A stretch of DNA of 64,000 bases from Heptranchias perlo (Eukaryota). Positions 1 to 10,794 of the stretch are shown piece after piece; the stretch's first letter is position 1, and each line of letters opens with the position of its first letter. A program made the position numbers and the translations under genes. The notes beneath the pieces are model-generated. The model worked only from the letters and a program-made list of their open reading frames with translations. It did no database searches and had not been told where the DNA came from. The stretch covers positions 35,526,001-35,590,000 of the forward strand of contig NC_090329.1 in NCBI RefSeq assembly GCF_035084215.1, read 5' to 3'.

Positions 1-1512
1 GGGTGCGAATTTGGTCCCCATGGCTGTTCCGTGTGTTTGGGTAAAGAACTGGTTATCGAAGGTGAAGACATTGTGATCCAGGATGAAGCGGATGAGTTGT
101 AGGATGGCTTCCGGAGATTGGCTGTTGTTGGTGTTGAGTATTGATGCTGTCGCAGCGATGCCGTCATCGTGGGGGATACTGGTGTATAGTGCCGAGACGT
201 CCATTGTGGTGAGAAGTGTTCCTGGTTCAACTGGTCCGTGGGTACTGAGTTTTTGTAGGAAGTCTGTAGTGTCACGACAGAAGCTGGGGGTTCCCTGTAC
301 GATGGGTTTCAGGATGCCCTCGATGTATCCAGAGAGGTTCTCACACAGGGTTCCGTTGCCTGATACGATGGGACGTCCGGGTGTGTTGGCTTTGTGTATC
401 TTTGGGAGGCAGTAGAAGTCTCCCACGCGGGGATTACGTGGGATGAGAATGCGTAGGATGCTTTGAAGGTCTGGATCGAAGGTCTTGATCAGTTTGTTGA
501 GCTGGTGGGTGTGTTCTTTGGTCGGATCTGCGGGTAACCGTCTGTAGTGTTCCTGGTTGTCCAGTTGTCGGTATGCTTCTTTGCAATAGTCTGTTCTGTT
601 CTGTATGACTATGGCTCCTCCTTTGTCCGCTGGTTTGATGACGATGTTGCGGTTGGTCTTGAGAGCGTTGATGGCGTTGCGTTGTGCTCGGGTGACATTC
701 TGGACTGTCTTCTGAGTGCGGCTGATGAATCTGGCATTGACGCATTTCCTGACAGCTTGAGCATACATGTCCAGCTGAGGGCAGCGACCCTCCGGAGGAG
801 TCCAGTTTGACTCTTTCCTCTTCGGTTGCTGTACCGCGGATCCCTCTGTCTGCTGTTCCGGATCGTCGATTGTCTCATTGGGTTCGCTGCTGAAATCTTG
901 GGGTTTGTGGTAGAATTCCCGGAGCCTCATTCTCCTGATGAATTCCTCTGTGTCCGCCGCGAGACTAGTGGGGTCCATTTTGGTAGTGGGGCAGAAATTG
1001 AGCCCTCGGCTGAGAACTTCGATTTCGTCTGGTTGAAGGGTGTGGTCGGATAAATTGACAATAGACTTCCCTGTGGTTGCAACCGTGGTACCAGGGGAAG
1101 CTTGGTCGTTGCTGGTGGTGATGCCGAGTTTCTCAAGCTTCCTGCTCTTGGTTTTCATGTAGGCAGCGTAGTTCCGTTGCCTCGTCTGTTTGGCGGTATA
1201 ACGTAGCTGGTCTGCTGTGTCCTGAGTACAGGTTGAGAGTATGGACTCTATCTTGGTTTCGAGGTTGTGGCGTCTGCTGTAGAGTTGGTGTATGAGATGG
1301 TTGCGGAGTGTGCGAGAGGTACGGCGGCAGAGTCTCTCAGCGTAATCCGAGTTGTATGTGGACTTGAGTGGGTTCGTGATCTGGAGTCCTTTCGGGATCT
1401 TGTCTGCTTTCTTGCAGCTCTGTAAAAACTTGATGTCTGTGTCTAAATGCGCGATCTTCTTGGATATCCTTTCCACTGTGAGCCGGCAGTTTGTGGTGTC
1501 GATGGTAGTCAT
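1..1512 (-). CDS. N-terminal 504 codons of the full-length PLE ORF (N-terminal domain plus RT), open to the window edge
   Basis: Manual translation from ATG 1512 gives MTTIDTTNCRLTVERISKK...IVNLSDHTLQPDEIEVLSRGLNFCPT...KESNWTPPEGR with no stop, in frame with the second copy. The ORF track misses it because it has no stop inside the window. Confidence 0.92.
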   Translation of the reverse strand, partial: MTTIDTTNCRLTVERISKKIAHLDTDIKFLQSCKKADKIPKGLQITNPLKSTYNSDYAERLCRRTSRTLRNHLIHQLYSRRHNLETKIESILSTCTQDTADQLRYTAKQTRQRNYAAYMKTKSRKLEKLGITTSNDQASPGTTVATTGKSIVNLSDHTLQPDEIEVLSRGLNFCPTTKMDPTSLAADTEEFIRRMRLREFYHKPQDFSSEPNETIDDPEQQTEGSAVQQPKRKESNWTPPEGRCPQLDMYAQAVRKCVNARFISRTQKTVQNVTRAQRNAINALKTNRNIVIKPADKGGAIVIQNRTDYCKEAYRQLDNQEHYRRLPADPTKEHTHQLNKLIKTFDPDLQSILRILIPRNPRVGDFYCLPKIHKANTPGRPIVSGNGTLCENLSGYIEGILKPIVQGTPSFCRDTTDFLQKLSTHGPVEPGTLLTTMDVSALYTSIPHDDGIAATASILNTNNSQSPEAILQLIRFILDHNVFTFDNQFFTQTHGTAMGTKFAP

Positions 1513-1889
1513 GATGTGGAGATGCCGGTGATGGACTGGGGTTGACAATTGTAAACAATTTTACAACACCAAGTTATAGTCCAGCAATTTTATTTTAAAT
1601 TCACAAGCTTTCGGAGATTTTCTCCTTCCTCAGGCAAATGTTTCAAGATCTCCTTGAAGCCTACGCATTTATACATATTGAACAATAATACATGGTGTTT
1701 ACAGACTGCCCCTGCAACTGCCCGTTGCCAAGGCAATCACCGTGTTCAGACAGAGAGGTGTTACCTGCAGAACCTCCGAATACACATTCAACAAAAAAAC
1801 AAACAGGGAAAAAAAACAGAGAAAAAAAAAACACAGAGAGAGGCAGAAACATCCGGAAGGCAGAGAGAGCCAGCAAATGACCCATTATA
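1513..1889 (-). promoter_or_regulatory. PLE pseudo-LTR (3'UTR, promoter and 5'UTR)
   Basis: Lies between the stop of one copy and the ATG of the next. Contains X-box-like GTTGCCAAGGCAAT (1724-1737), minus-strand TATAAAT (about 1667-1673), a hammerhead, and AATAAA (1589-1594, minus). Confidence 0.8.
1599..1639 (-). ncRNA. Minimal type I hammerhead ribozyme in the pLTR
   Basis: Minus strand reads AUUUGC-CUGAGGA-A-GGAGA-AAA-UCUCC-GAAA-GC-UU-GUGAAU: conserved core, stem II, palindromic AGCU stem III, and stem I with G.U pairs. Confidence 0.85.
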
Positions 1890-3903
1890 TTAAAAACAGA
1901 TAACATTTGTTCGCTGGTGGGGTAACGTGTAGCGTGACATGAACCCAAGATCCCGGTTGAGGCCGTCCTCATGGGTGCGGAACTTGGCTATCAATTTCTG
2001 CTCGACGATTTTGCGTTGTCGTGTGTCTCGAAGGCCGCCTTGGAGTACGCTTACCCGAAGGTCGGTGGATGAATGTCCATGACTGCTGAAGTGTTCCCCG
2101 ACTGGGAGGGAACCCTCCTGTTTGGCGATTGTTGCACGGTGTCCGTTCATCCGTTGTCGCAGCGTCTGCATGGTCTCGCCAATGTACCATGCTCTGGGGC
2201 ATCCTTTCCTGCAACGTATGAGGTAGACAACGTTGGCTGAGTCACAGGAGTATGAACCATGCACCTGGTGGGTGGTGTCATCTCGTGTGATGGTGGTATC
2301 TGTGTCGATGATCTGGCATGTCTTGCAGAGGTTACCGTGGCAGGGTTGTGTGGCGTCGTGGACGCTGTTCTCTTGAAAGCTAGGTAGTTTGCTGCGAACG
2401 ATGGTCTGTTTGAGGTTGGGTGGCTGTTTAAAGGCGAGTAGTGGAGGTGTGGGGATGGCCATAGCGAGGTGTTTGTCCTCATTGATGACATGTTGAAGGC
2501 TGCGGAGAACATGGCGTAGTTTCTCCGCTCCGGGGAAGTACTGGACGACAAAGGGTACTCTGTTGGTTGCGTCCCGTGTTAGTCTCCTGAGGAGGTCTAT
2601 GCGATTTTTTGCTGTGGCCCGTCGGAACTGTCGATCGATGAGTCGAGCGTCATATCCCGTTCTTACTAGGGCGTCTTTCAGCGTCTGTAGGTGTCCATCG
2701 CGTTCCTCCTCGTCTGAGCAGACCCTGTGTATTCGCAGGGCCTGTCCATAGGGGATGGCCTCTTTGACGTGGTTAGGGTGGAAGCTGGAAAAGTGGAGCA
2801 TCGTGAGGTTGTCCGTGGGCTTGCGGTAGAGTGAGGTGCTGAGGTGCCCGTCTTTGATGGAGATTCGTGTGTCCAAGAAAGAAACTGATTCTGAGGAGTA
2901 GTCCATGGTGAGCTTGATGGTGGGATGGAACTTGTTGATGTTATCGTGTAGTCTCTTTAGTGATTCCTTGCCGTGGGTCCATAGAAAGAAAATGTCGTCG
3001 ATGTATCTGGTGTATAGTGTTGGTTGGAGGTCTTGTGCAGTGAAGAAGTCCTGCTCGAACTTGTGCATGAAAATGTTGGCGTATTGGGGTGCGAATTTGG
3101 TCCCCATGGCTGTTCCGTGTGTTTGGGTAAAGAACTGGTTATCGAAGGTGAAGACATTGTGATCCAGGATGAAGCGGATGAGTTGTAGGATGGCTTCCGG
3201 AGATTGGCTGTTGTTGGTGTTGAGTATTGATGCTGTCGCAGCGATGCCGTCATCGTGGGGGATACTGGTGTATAGTGCCGAGACGTCCATTGTGGTGAGA
3301 AGTGTTCCTGGTTCAACTGGTCCGTGGGTACTGAGTTTTTGTAGGAAGTCTGTAGTGTCACGACAGAAGCTGGGGGTTCCCTGTACGATGGGTTTCAGGA
3401 TGCCCTCGATGTATCCAGAGAGGTTCTCACACAGGGTTCCGTTGCCTGATACGATGGGACGTCCGGGTGTGTTGGCTTTGTGTATCTTTGGGAGGCAGTA
3501 GAAGTCTCCCACGCGGGGATTACGTGGGATGAGAATGCGTAGGATGCTTTGAAGGTCTGGATCGAAGGTCTTGATCAGTTTGTTGAGCTGGTGGGTGTGT
3601 TCTTTGGTCGGATCTGCGGGTAACCGTCTGTAGTGTTCCTGGTTGTCCAGTTGTCGGTATGCTTCTTTGCAATAGTCTGTTCTGTTCTGTATGACTATGG
3701 CTCCTCCTTTGTCCGCTGGTTTGATGACGATGTTGCGGTTGGTCTTGAGAGCGTTGATGGCGTTGCGTTGTGCTCGGGTGACATTCTGGACTGTCTTCTG
3801 AGTGCGGCTGATGAATCTGGCATTGACGCATTTCCTGACAGCTTGAGCATACATGTCCAGCTGAGGGCAGCGACCCTCCGGAGGAGTCCAGTTTGACTCT
3901 TTC
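1890..3903 (-). CDS. PLE reverse transcriptase plus Cys-rich linker plus GIY-YIG endonuclease (5'-truncated copy)
   Basis: RT motifs IKPADKGG, YCLPKIHK, GRPIVS, TMDVSALYT, GTAMG, YIDD, FLD. Linker PCHGNLCKTC and VVYLIRCRKGC..WYIGET..R..EH..E..GLN match the Neptune-type GIY-YIG domain. Confidence 0.95.
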
Positions 3904-4135
3904 AGGAAGGCAAACAGGCTCTCAATTAACCGATTGGATGATGCTTGACTGTCAGTCAAACAGAACTTTTTATCCCGTCTCCAATATTTTATAACTAATA
4001 AATTAAAGTGTTCAAGGGAAATGAAAAAAAATCACACGCCTTTTTTTTTCTCCCGGGTTGCTGGTAGAAGTGTCCTGGAGATTAATCTCTAATTCCTGGA
4101 GACTCCGGGACAATCCTGGAGGGTTGGCAACCCTA
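3904..4135. mobile_element. Right part of a hAT-like MITE (TIR TAGGGTTGCCAAC) interrupted by the PLE
   Basis: Ends GGTTGGCAACCCTA; internal sequence matches the copy at 25803-26070. Confidence 0.75.
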
Positions 4136-5029
4136 CATCAAACATCACATGTTGCCAGTGCCTACCTTCAAAGGGCTTTATAAATATAAAAATACCACAC
4201 AATTCATGTATCAGCTTTTCAGTTTTGTCTGGTCATGAGGCACAGGGACAAAACACAGCTCTATGAGCATGCACAGATTTAAGTCTTGCAAAGGCTGTAT
4301 TATGTTGATTTGCTAAGGATTCAGACTGCCACCTTTCCCTGAAAAGTATTTGTTTAATCCCAAATTCTGCAAGGAAGTTTTCAAGGCATTTTTTCTGACT
4401 GCTTTGCCAGTTTCACGAACTGGCACCGAACGTCTATTTTTGGACAGATTTCAATGTCTTGCTTCTGTAAGTAACTCTGTTTAATACTGTAGTCTGTTAT
4501 TAAAATGTTTGGTGTGACTGATATTATCTTTCTGAAGTGACGTAAGACATAGTGGAATTCCTACATGCTATCTGGTAACCTGAGCTGCCCTAACTTCAGG
4601 TTATAAAATGTGCTGGGATGTAAGGCTCCTCTCCCTGCTGGCCACGGCATACTGACTGTTGGAAGTGGAAAATTGTCACACTGGTGGACTATGGTAGGTT
4701 CTTCTTAGGTTGGGCCTTTGGCACGTTGTTAGAGCACGGAGTAGAAGAAACATTTTGCTGCCTCAAAAGAAGCTATGCCTGACCTGGAAGTGATTGATGT
4801 TGACAGCGCATGGTTGAAATAGAAAAAAAGAAGTTGTATTTATATAGCGTTATCTCTCTCAGGATATCTCACAGCATCTCACATAAAACAGATTACTTTG
4901 AAATGCAATCACTGTTGATAGGTGGTTGAACACAGAAACTGTTTTGTGCACAGCAATGTCCCACAGACAGCAATAGGATGGGTTACTCTGTCGTTAGTGG
5001 TGTTGGTTGAGGGAAGAATGACCAAAATG

Positions 5030-5765
5030 CAACAACAACAATAACTTGCATTTATATAGTGCCTTTAACGTAGCTGACACTGAGCCACATAAGGAGGTAT
5101 TCGGACAGGTGACCAAAAGCTTGGTCAAAGAGGTAGGTTTTAAGGTGGGTCTTAATGGAGGAGAGAGAGTTAGAGAGGAGGAGAAGTTTAGGGAGGGAAT
5201 TTCAGAGCTTAGGGCCTAGGCAGCTGAAGGCACGGCCGCCAATGGTGGAGCAAATAAAATCAGGGATGTGCAAAAGGCCAGAATTGGAGCAGCGCAGAAA
5301 TCTTGGAGGGTTGTAGGGCTGGAGGAGGTTACAGAGATAGAGAGGGGCGAGGCCATGGAGGGATTTGAAAACAAGGATGAGAATTTTAAAACTGAGGCGT
5401 TGCCTGACCGGGAGCCAATGTAGGTTAGCGAGGACAGGGGTGATGGGTGAACGGAACTTGGTGCGAGTTAGGATACAGGCAGTAGAGTTTTAAATGAGTT
5501 CAAGTTTATAGAGGGTGGAAGATGGGAGGCCGTTTAGGAGAGCATTGGAATAGTCAAGCCGAGAGATAACAAAGGTATGGATGAGGGTTTCAGCAGCAGA
5601 TGAGCTGAGGCAGGGACGGAGACGGGCGATGTTACGGAGGTGGAAGTAGGCGGTCTTGGTGATGGAGCAGATATGTGGTCGGAAGCTCATCTCAGGGTCA
5701 AATAGAACATCAAGGTTGAGAACAGTGTGATTCAGCCTCAGGCTATGGCCAGGGAGAGGGCTGGA
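5030..5765 (-). mobile_element. L2 LINE 3' fragment
   Basis: ORF 5490-5852 has L2 ORF2 C-terminal motifs (AYFHLRNIARLRP, LIHTFVISRLDYSNALL). Tail (CAA)n-CTTGCATTTATATAG. Confidence 0.9.
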
Positions 5766-5897
5766 GAGAACTTCCTGCTCTGAGTAGTGCGATGGGATCT
5801 TTAATGTCCACCTAAACAGCCAGACAGGGCTAAAGGATGGGGCTTTCAACAATGCAGCACTCCCTCAGTAATACAATGGAGAGTCAACCCACATTAC

Positions 5898-6089
5898 AGA
5901 TGCAATTTTAATATGCCGGCAGGAAGAGTCCGGGGTGGGGGGTGATTTGCGGGTGCCAAACCCGGAAGGGAAGTAGGCGGGTTGCATTAATGAGGCCATT
6001 TAAAGCCTCTTCCGGGTTTTGCGCCCAGCTGCCAGCCTGATTGACGGGCTGGCTGCTGACAGGAGCTTCACATATGAGGTGGGGGGGTG

Positions 6090-6123
<34 letters not shown>

Positions 6124-7203
6124 CCTCATCGGCCGTTGGGAGAGAGATAATCTGATTATGGATTGTTTCCAAAGCACCTGGACCTGGCTCTCTTCCTCAT
6201 GCATTATTTTCCTCGAACCATTATCATCCTGGCACAAGAAACTTGCATGAAATTGTTCTGAAACAAAACTAGTGTCCAGGTTACACATGCTTTTCTGTTG
6301 GGATTTTGTACTTTAGTGCTGGGAGTTGATTCTTGGTCAGAAAGAAAGAAAGAACTTGTGTTTAGGATTTCATAAATACTTGGCCATAGTCATATAATGT
6401 GGTTAATGGGCAGTTTATTAACTTTTCATAAAATATGACAAATGTGTGTAGATATTGCAATGTGTGTTTTTTCGAGAAGTACTAGTTCAAGTTTAAAAAT
6501 CTTCTGGTTAACATATATGCTGTAATCTGTCAGTCTTGTAATATTTCCACTCCCCATATCCCCAGTGTATTAATTTGATGCTATGTTTTCCATCATTGGG
6601 AGAGAGATTGGTGGCGGGGAGGGAGTCAAAGTTCAGAGGGTGGGGGGAGACATCGGAGGGGGGAGACATCGGACATCGGAGGGGGGGGGTGACGTCGGAC
6701 ATCGGAGGGGGGGGGTGACGTCAGACATTGGAGGGGGGGAGACATCGGAGTGGTGGGGGTGCAGGTGACATTGTTTTTAAGGTATGTTTATTTGTTTTTA
6801 CAATAGGAAATGTAATTTAATTTAATTTATTTACTTTATTTTTCACTGATCCGGCTCTTCACTCCTGGTTTAACCAGGCGTGAATCAGAAGCTGTGGGAA
6901 AGCCTCCCAGGTACAGTCAAAATCTTTTTAACTGTCCAATATGCAAAAAATAAACGACCTTAAGTACCTCAACGAGTTACATTTGCTCCTTTAATTATCA
7001 GCCCGCCGGCTTTAATTGACGACGGGACTTCGGGGTTCTCAAATGGCTCTGGGTTGTGCGTGTTCTTCAGCGGGTTGGAGCCGGGTACCCTGCTTGCTCC
7101 AAAAAAAATCACAATTTTCTTTACCGCCGCCCCCCCACCCCCCCCCCCCCCCACCCCACCCCGGCCCCCAAAGCACCCGGACTTTCATTTTAAAATTGAG
7201 CCT
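5898..7203. mobile_element. Harbinger-type MITE with internal G-rich repeats and a 447-bp foreign insert
   Basis: Imperfect TIRs AGATGCAATTTTAA / TTAAAATTGAGCCT; inserted in the DeuSINE; GACATCGGAGGGGGG repeats at 6640-6750. Confidence 0.7.
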
Positions 7204-7534
7204 TATGTGCTCAAATTCTGGAGTGGAGCTTGAAACCATTGCTTCTGACTCAGAGGTGAGAGTGCAACCAGCTGAGCAAAGCTTGTTTCCCAGCACTAAT
7301 AACCCCTGTCTTGATAAGCACAAAATTCATGAGAAACAATAAATAAAAAAACTGCCATCTACAGAGGCTAAGCTATCTTTCAGCGTACTCACAATATTGT
7401 ACCCAGACCTTGTTACAGAATTCCCCTGCCGTTGTGACATTTATCAGAGGGAGTCTGTGACTAGAAGCTTTTTATTTTAAATTTATCTTTTAGAACATTT
7501 CCAAGGGTTCCCCTGAGGGATCAAATGGTCAAAT

Positions 7535-7940
7535 TCACCCACTGGTACAGTACTGATCCATACAGACTAGGATGATCCCAGGTTCAATTCTTTGTCTGTG
7601 ATAAGTTAGCTGATCTCAGGCGTGACAGCACTAAGGGTGCTACAATTGACCTCAGTATCTCTGGGCTGAGGAAGGAGGAAAAAAATAATCTCGGGTTCAG
7701 ATTCCTGATCAATGTCAAGTGACCCTGATGGAACGAGCTCATGTGTGGACTTTGGACGAGGAATCAAACTCGACTGTGATACTCTCCCATGGTTCAGTAA
7801 CCTCCTCACCTTGACTACCCAGGCTCAAACATGAAGAATGATCAATCAGGAGAGGGACTACTGGGCTGTCAACACTTGTGAAACCATCCTCCAGCACAGC
7901 TCAATGTTTTCAGAAAAAGAGGAAAGGAAATTGGAAGAAA
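7535..7940 (+). mobile_element. AmnSINE2-like ancient SINE
   Basis: CCCAGGTTCAAT..GTTAGCTGATCTCAG..CTACAATTGACCTCAG..ACATGAAGAATG matches the recalled consensus. Related copies at about 10.8-11.25, 49.5, 50.2-50.47 and 57.0-57.36 kb. Confidence 0.65.
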
Positions 7941-8210
7941 AGTATTTTTGTAATTGGTAGTTTGGCGTGTGGCACTCAATTCCTGACAGTTTAAGTGAAG
8001 GCCACCTGATCTTTGATTATCCGATGACAGATCATGGTTACCACTTGTCCATCGGGGGAAGCTAAGTGGGGGTTGATGTGTCTGAGTACCTCAGTGATGT
8101 ATGTGCCTATTGCCTTGATGATACCAAAGGAGTTATGTCTCTGATATCTGGCCATCTATTCTTCATTCAGGGAAGATAAGATTGTGCACACACTTACCAA
8201 ACATAGCAAT

Positions 8211-8539
8211 GGGGGTTATTTTAACTATACCCTGGTGGAAACCAGGCGGATAGGCAGTTAAAATTCCCCAGTTCTCTCACCCGCGCTGAGAGGGTGGCAA
8301 AGATACCCGCTCAAAGCCAGCAGGGTCCTTCTTAGCATATGTATGCCGGGTCCTGATGATGTTATTTGGACTCAACTGCAATTTTTACTTTAAGGCCTGA
8401 GCAGGAAATGGCAGTGCTTCATTTTAATCACCAGACAATTATGAGCATCACAAATGGGGCAGACTGACTTCCATCCCTGATTGTCCTATTTGCATCTAGT
8501 CAAGCAAGGCCAGAATCAAAGCCTCACAAAATTGACCCC
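8211..8539. mobile_element. Harbinger-type MITE
   Basis: TIRs GGGGTTATTTT / AAAATTGACCCC with A/T-rich 3-bp flanks. Confidence 0.6.
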
Positions 8540-10168
8540 ATAAAGCATTAAATGGTATAGATAGGACAAACCAAGACTATTAATTCAAAGTAAATCAGGA
8601 AAGTGGGACCAGAAGACATAACTTTAAAGAGTAAAAATCAATGCTAAACTCAGTTTGCATCGATAATAAAATATTACATCAAATAATTTTTTGGGAGGGA
8701 TGTAAATGATAAAATGGATGAATATTTGTGCAAGCAGAAGTAAATCCTTTGTATGCATTAGAAAATTGAGTTGGAATCAATTGTATGTAAGGTCTGACAC
8801 TTTGCACTCCCACATGAGGAAACATTACTGCAATAAAAAAGCAGTAAGTTTTGTAAGATAATTTACTGAGATTCAATTGTTCCAGAATGGTGAAAAATTG
8901 TCTCTTCATTATGGTTTATAGATGTCAACACAAACCTATAGAAGTCCCAGGTGAAGTGGGAGACACAAAAACACTTCAGCATTACTTTAATGTGCTGTTT
9001 GGCATCAGAACTGAAGGACAACTATTTTTTGCCTTAAAGAATATCTTGATTTAAGTTGAACTTTCCAAAAGTAGGAAGTAAACACAAACTTGCATGCAAG
9101 GATGTGAACAATTATAAATGAGGTTATGCTGGGCCATTGCAATACGCTGGTCAGACTACAATTGGAGAACTGTGTTCAGTTCTGATCACCACACCACAAA
9201 AAGACAAATCCCTACATTCATGACGCTACAGAGAAGTGAAACAAAACTGAACCCAAGTGCAATAAGGTTGGGCTATGAGTGATATGTATGGTACTGATAT
9301 TGAATAATATAGGTATGGTAAACACAGTAAATTACTTTAAATCTAGCTAGTGAAACAGGATATAAATCTGAATTGGTGTAATGCAGATATTCGGAAGAAT
9401 TTCGATACTCAAAAAAGTGCTAAATGTCGGGAATAGTCTGAGGGTGTGGTCATAGAGACATGAACATTGGAAATTTCCAATGCAGCTGATTCTACAATGG
9501 GAGAGTGAAGGTGCTTTTATATAACGCTCTCGGGCTACGTTAGTGCAATTGTTTCCCAATTGGCTCCCAAAATCAAGTTACTGGATTTGCTGAGATCAGC
9601 TGCTGGGAAGATCCAGTGAAAATGGGGCTTCCCAACTTTAGTGATCCCTGCAGATTTACTTTGGGGGTATCACTCGATGCTTGAGACCAGTGCATCAGGA
9701 ACCAGCGGCACCTAACCCAACATACAACCAACTTTAGGTAACTGCATGACTGAGTTTTGTTATTCTTGACTTTTCTTAGGCTCCTTCAGATTAGTTTTGG
9801 TTCAAGTTTTGTGCTTCTAAATGTGACACTGTTCACTCAGATCTTCCTGTCAGACAGGGTGAGATGGAAGGTGACAGAATCACACTTCAGTTTGGATGAA
9901 ATTAAAGTAAGGTGCGTAGCCTTTCTGCAGGTTCAAATTGGGGTTACACAGTGCCGAATAAAGCTTCAGCCCTTACACCTGGAAACATTTATGGAGTTTC
10001 CTTTGCTGAGATGTTATTTTTAAAACTATTTTGTTACAATTGAGGCTTAAACGTGTGGCATTACATCTAAACAGTGAGAGCAGATGATGGGTTGGTGAAG
10101 TGAAACGATGAGCTGTCTGAAATTGTTAGCAGTTTGTTCTCTAAACAAAACTTTCTACAGAGTCAAAT

Positions 10169-10721
10169 GGCCCCGATATTAATGGGGAGGCGGGGAGGGA
10201 ACGCAGTAGCGCAGGGAAAACACGGCAAGGCCTTATTTAAATAATCTGTTGCGGTCTCCCACCCAACAGGTGGCCAAATTGACAGCCTGGCCGGCGGGTG
10301 AGAGCGCAAGCAAGCGACAGGAGGGTGCTGCCAGGGACCCGTGGGGACAGTCCCCGGCAAGGTTGTGGGGGGTCTGGCCATGATTGTGAGGCCAGGAGGA
10401 GCACCCTCCTGGGCCTCTTGTCCAGGATCCGGCTCCCGGCAGGTTTTGCCTGATGGGGAAGTCGACACTCCCCACTGACCCCTGACCTCTGCCTCCTCGC
10501 TCAGGCCTCAGCTTGAAATTGTCGATCAGGACCCGATCTGCATATTTAAAGTAGGACCCCGCTTCCTTCCTGCGGGGATCCTGCTCGCCTGCTCAAAAGA
10601 GCAGGTTAATATCGGGACAAGGTGGGAACGAAGTGGGATCGGTGGGGATAACTGACACCCATTATTTTAACTGCCTCCTCCAGTCAGTTTCCGCCAGGTG
10701 GGGGCAGTTAAAATCGGGGCC
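10169..10721. mobile_element. Harbinger-type MITE
   Basis: TIRs GGCCCCGATATTAA / TTAAAATCGGGGCC; flanks AAT/ATT. Confidence 0.8.
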
Positions 10722-10794
10722 ATTTATTCTACCAAAAATAGGAGGACATTTTTTTAATAATGGGTTTCACTTAAGAAATTAGAAATGGATATCG

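Larger units (their letters stand above)
1..3903 (-). mobile_element. Penelope-like retroelement (Neptune-type), partial-tandem insertion, continues beyond left window edge
   Basis: Read on the minus strand: 5'-truncated RT/EN copy (3903-1890), then pLTR (1889-1513), then a second copy starting at ATG 1512. Bases 1-817 repeat at 3087-3903 (offset 3086) with no difference seen by eye. Confidence 0.95.
4830..7285 (-). mobile_element. DeuSINE/SacSINE1-like SINE split into three pieces (about 4830-5020, 5766-5897, 7204-7285)
   Basis: Deu-domain-like GATGGGATCTTTAATGTCCACC...CAATGCAGCACTCCCTCAGTA, tRNA-like head at 7204-7285, L2-like tail at 4830. The pieces are collinear around the L2 and MITE insertions. 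Confidence 0.7.

Noticed and set aside
83-3896. Many short overlapping ORFs on both strands of the PLE
   Set aside because: They are alternative-frame or antisense shadows of the RT ORF, duplicated with the tandem, with no independent motifs.
3904-3959. N-terminus MTDSQASSNRLIESLFAFL of the 689-aa ORF
   Set aside because: It starts at TTG and derives from the flanking hAT-like MITE. Homology with the full-length copy ends at 3903, so it is read-through and not part of the protein.
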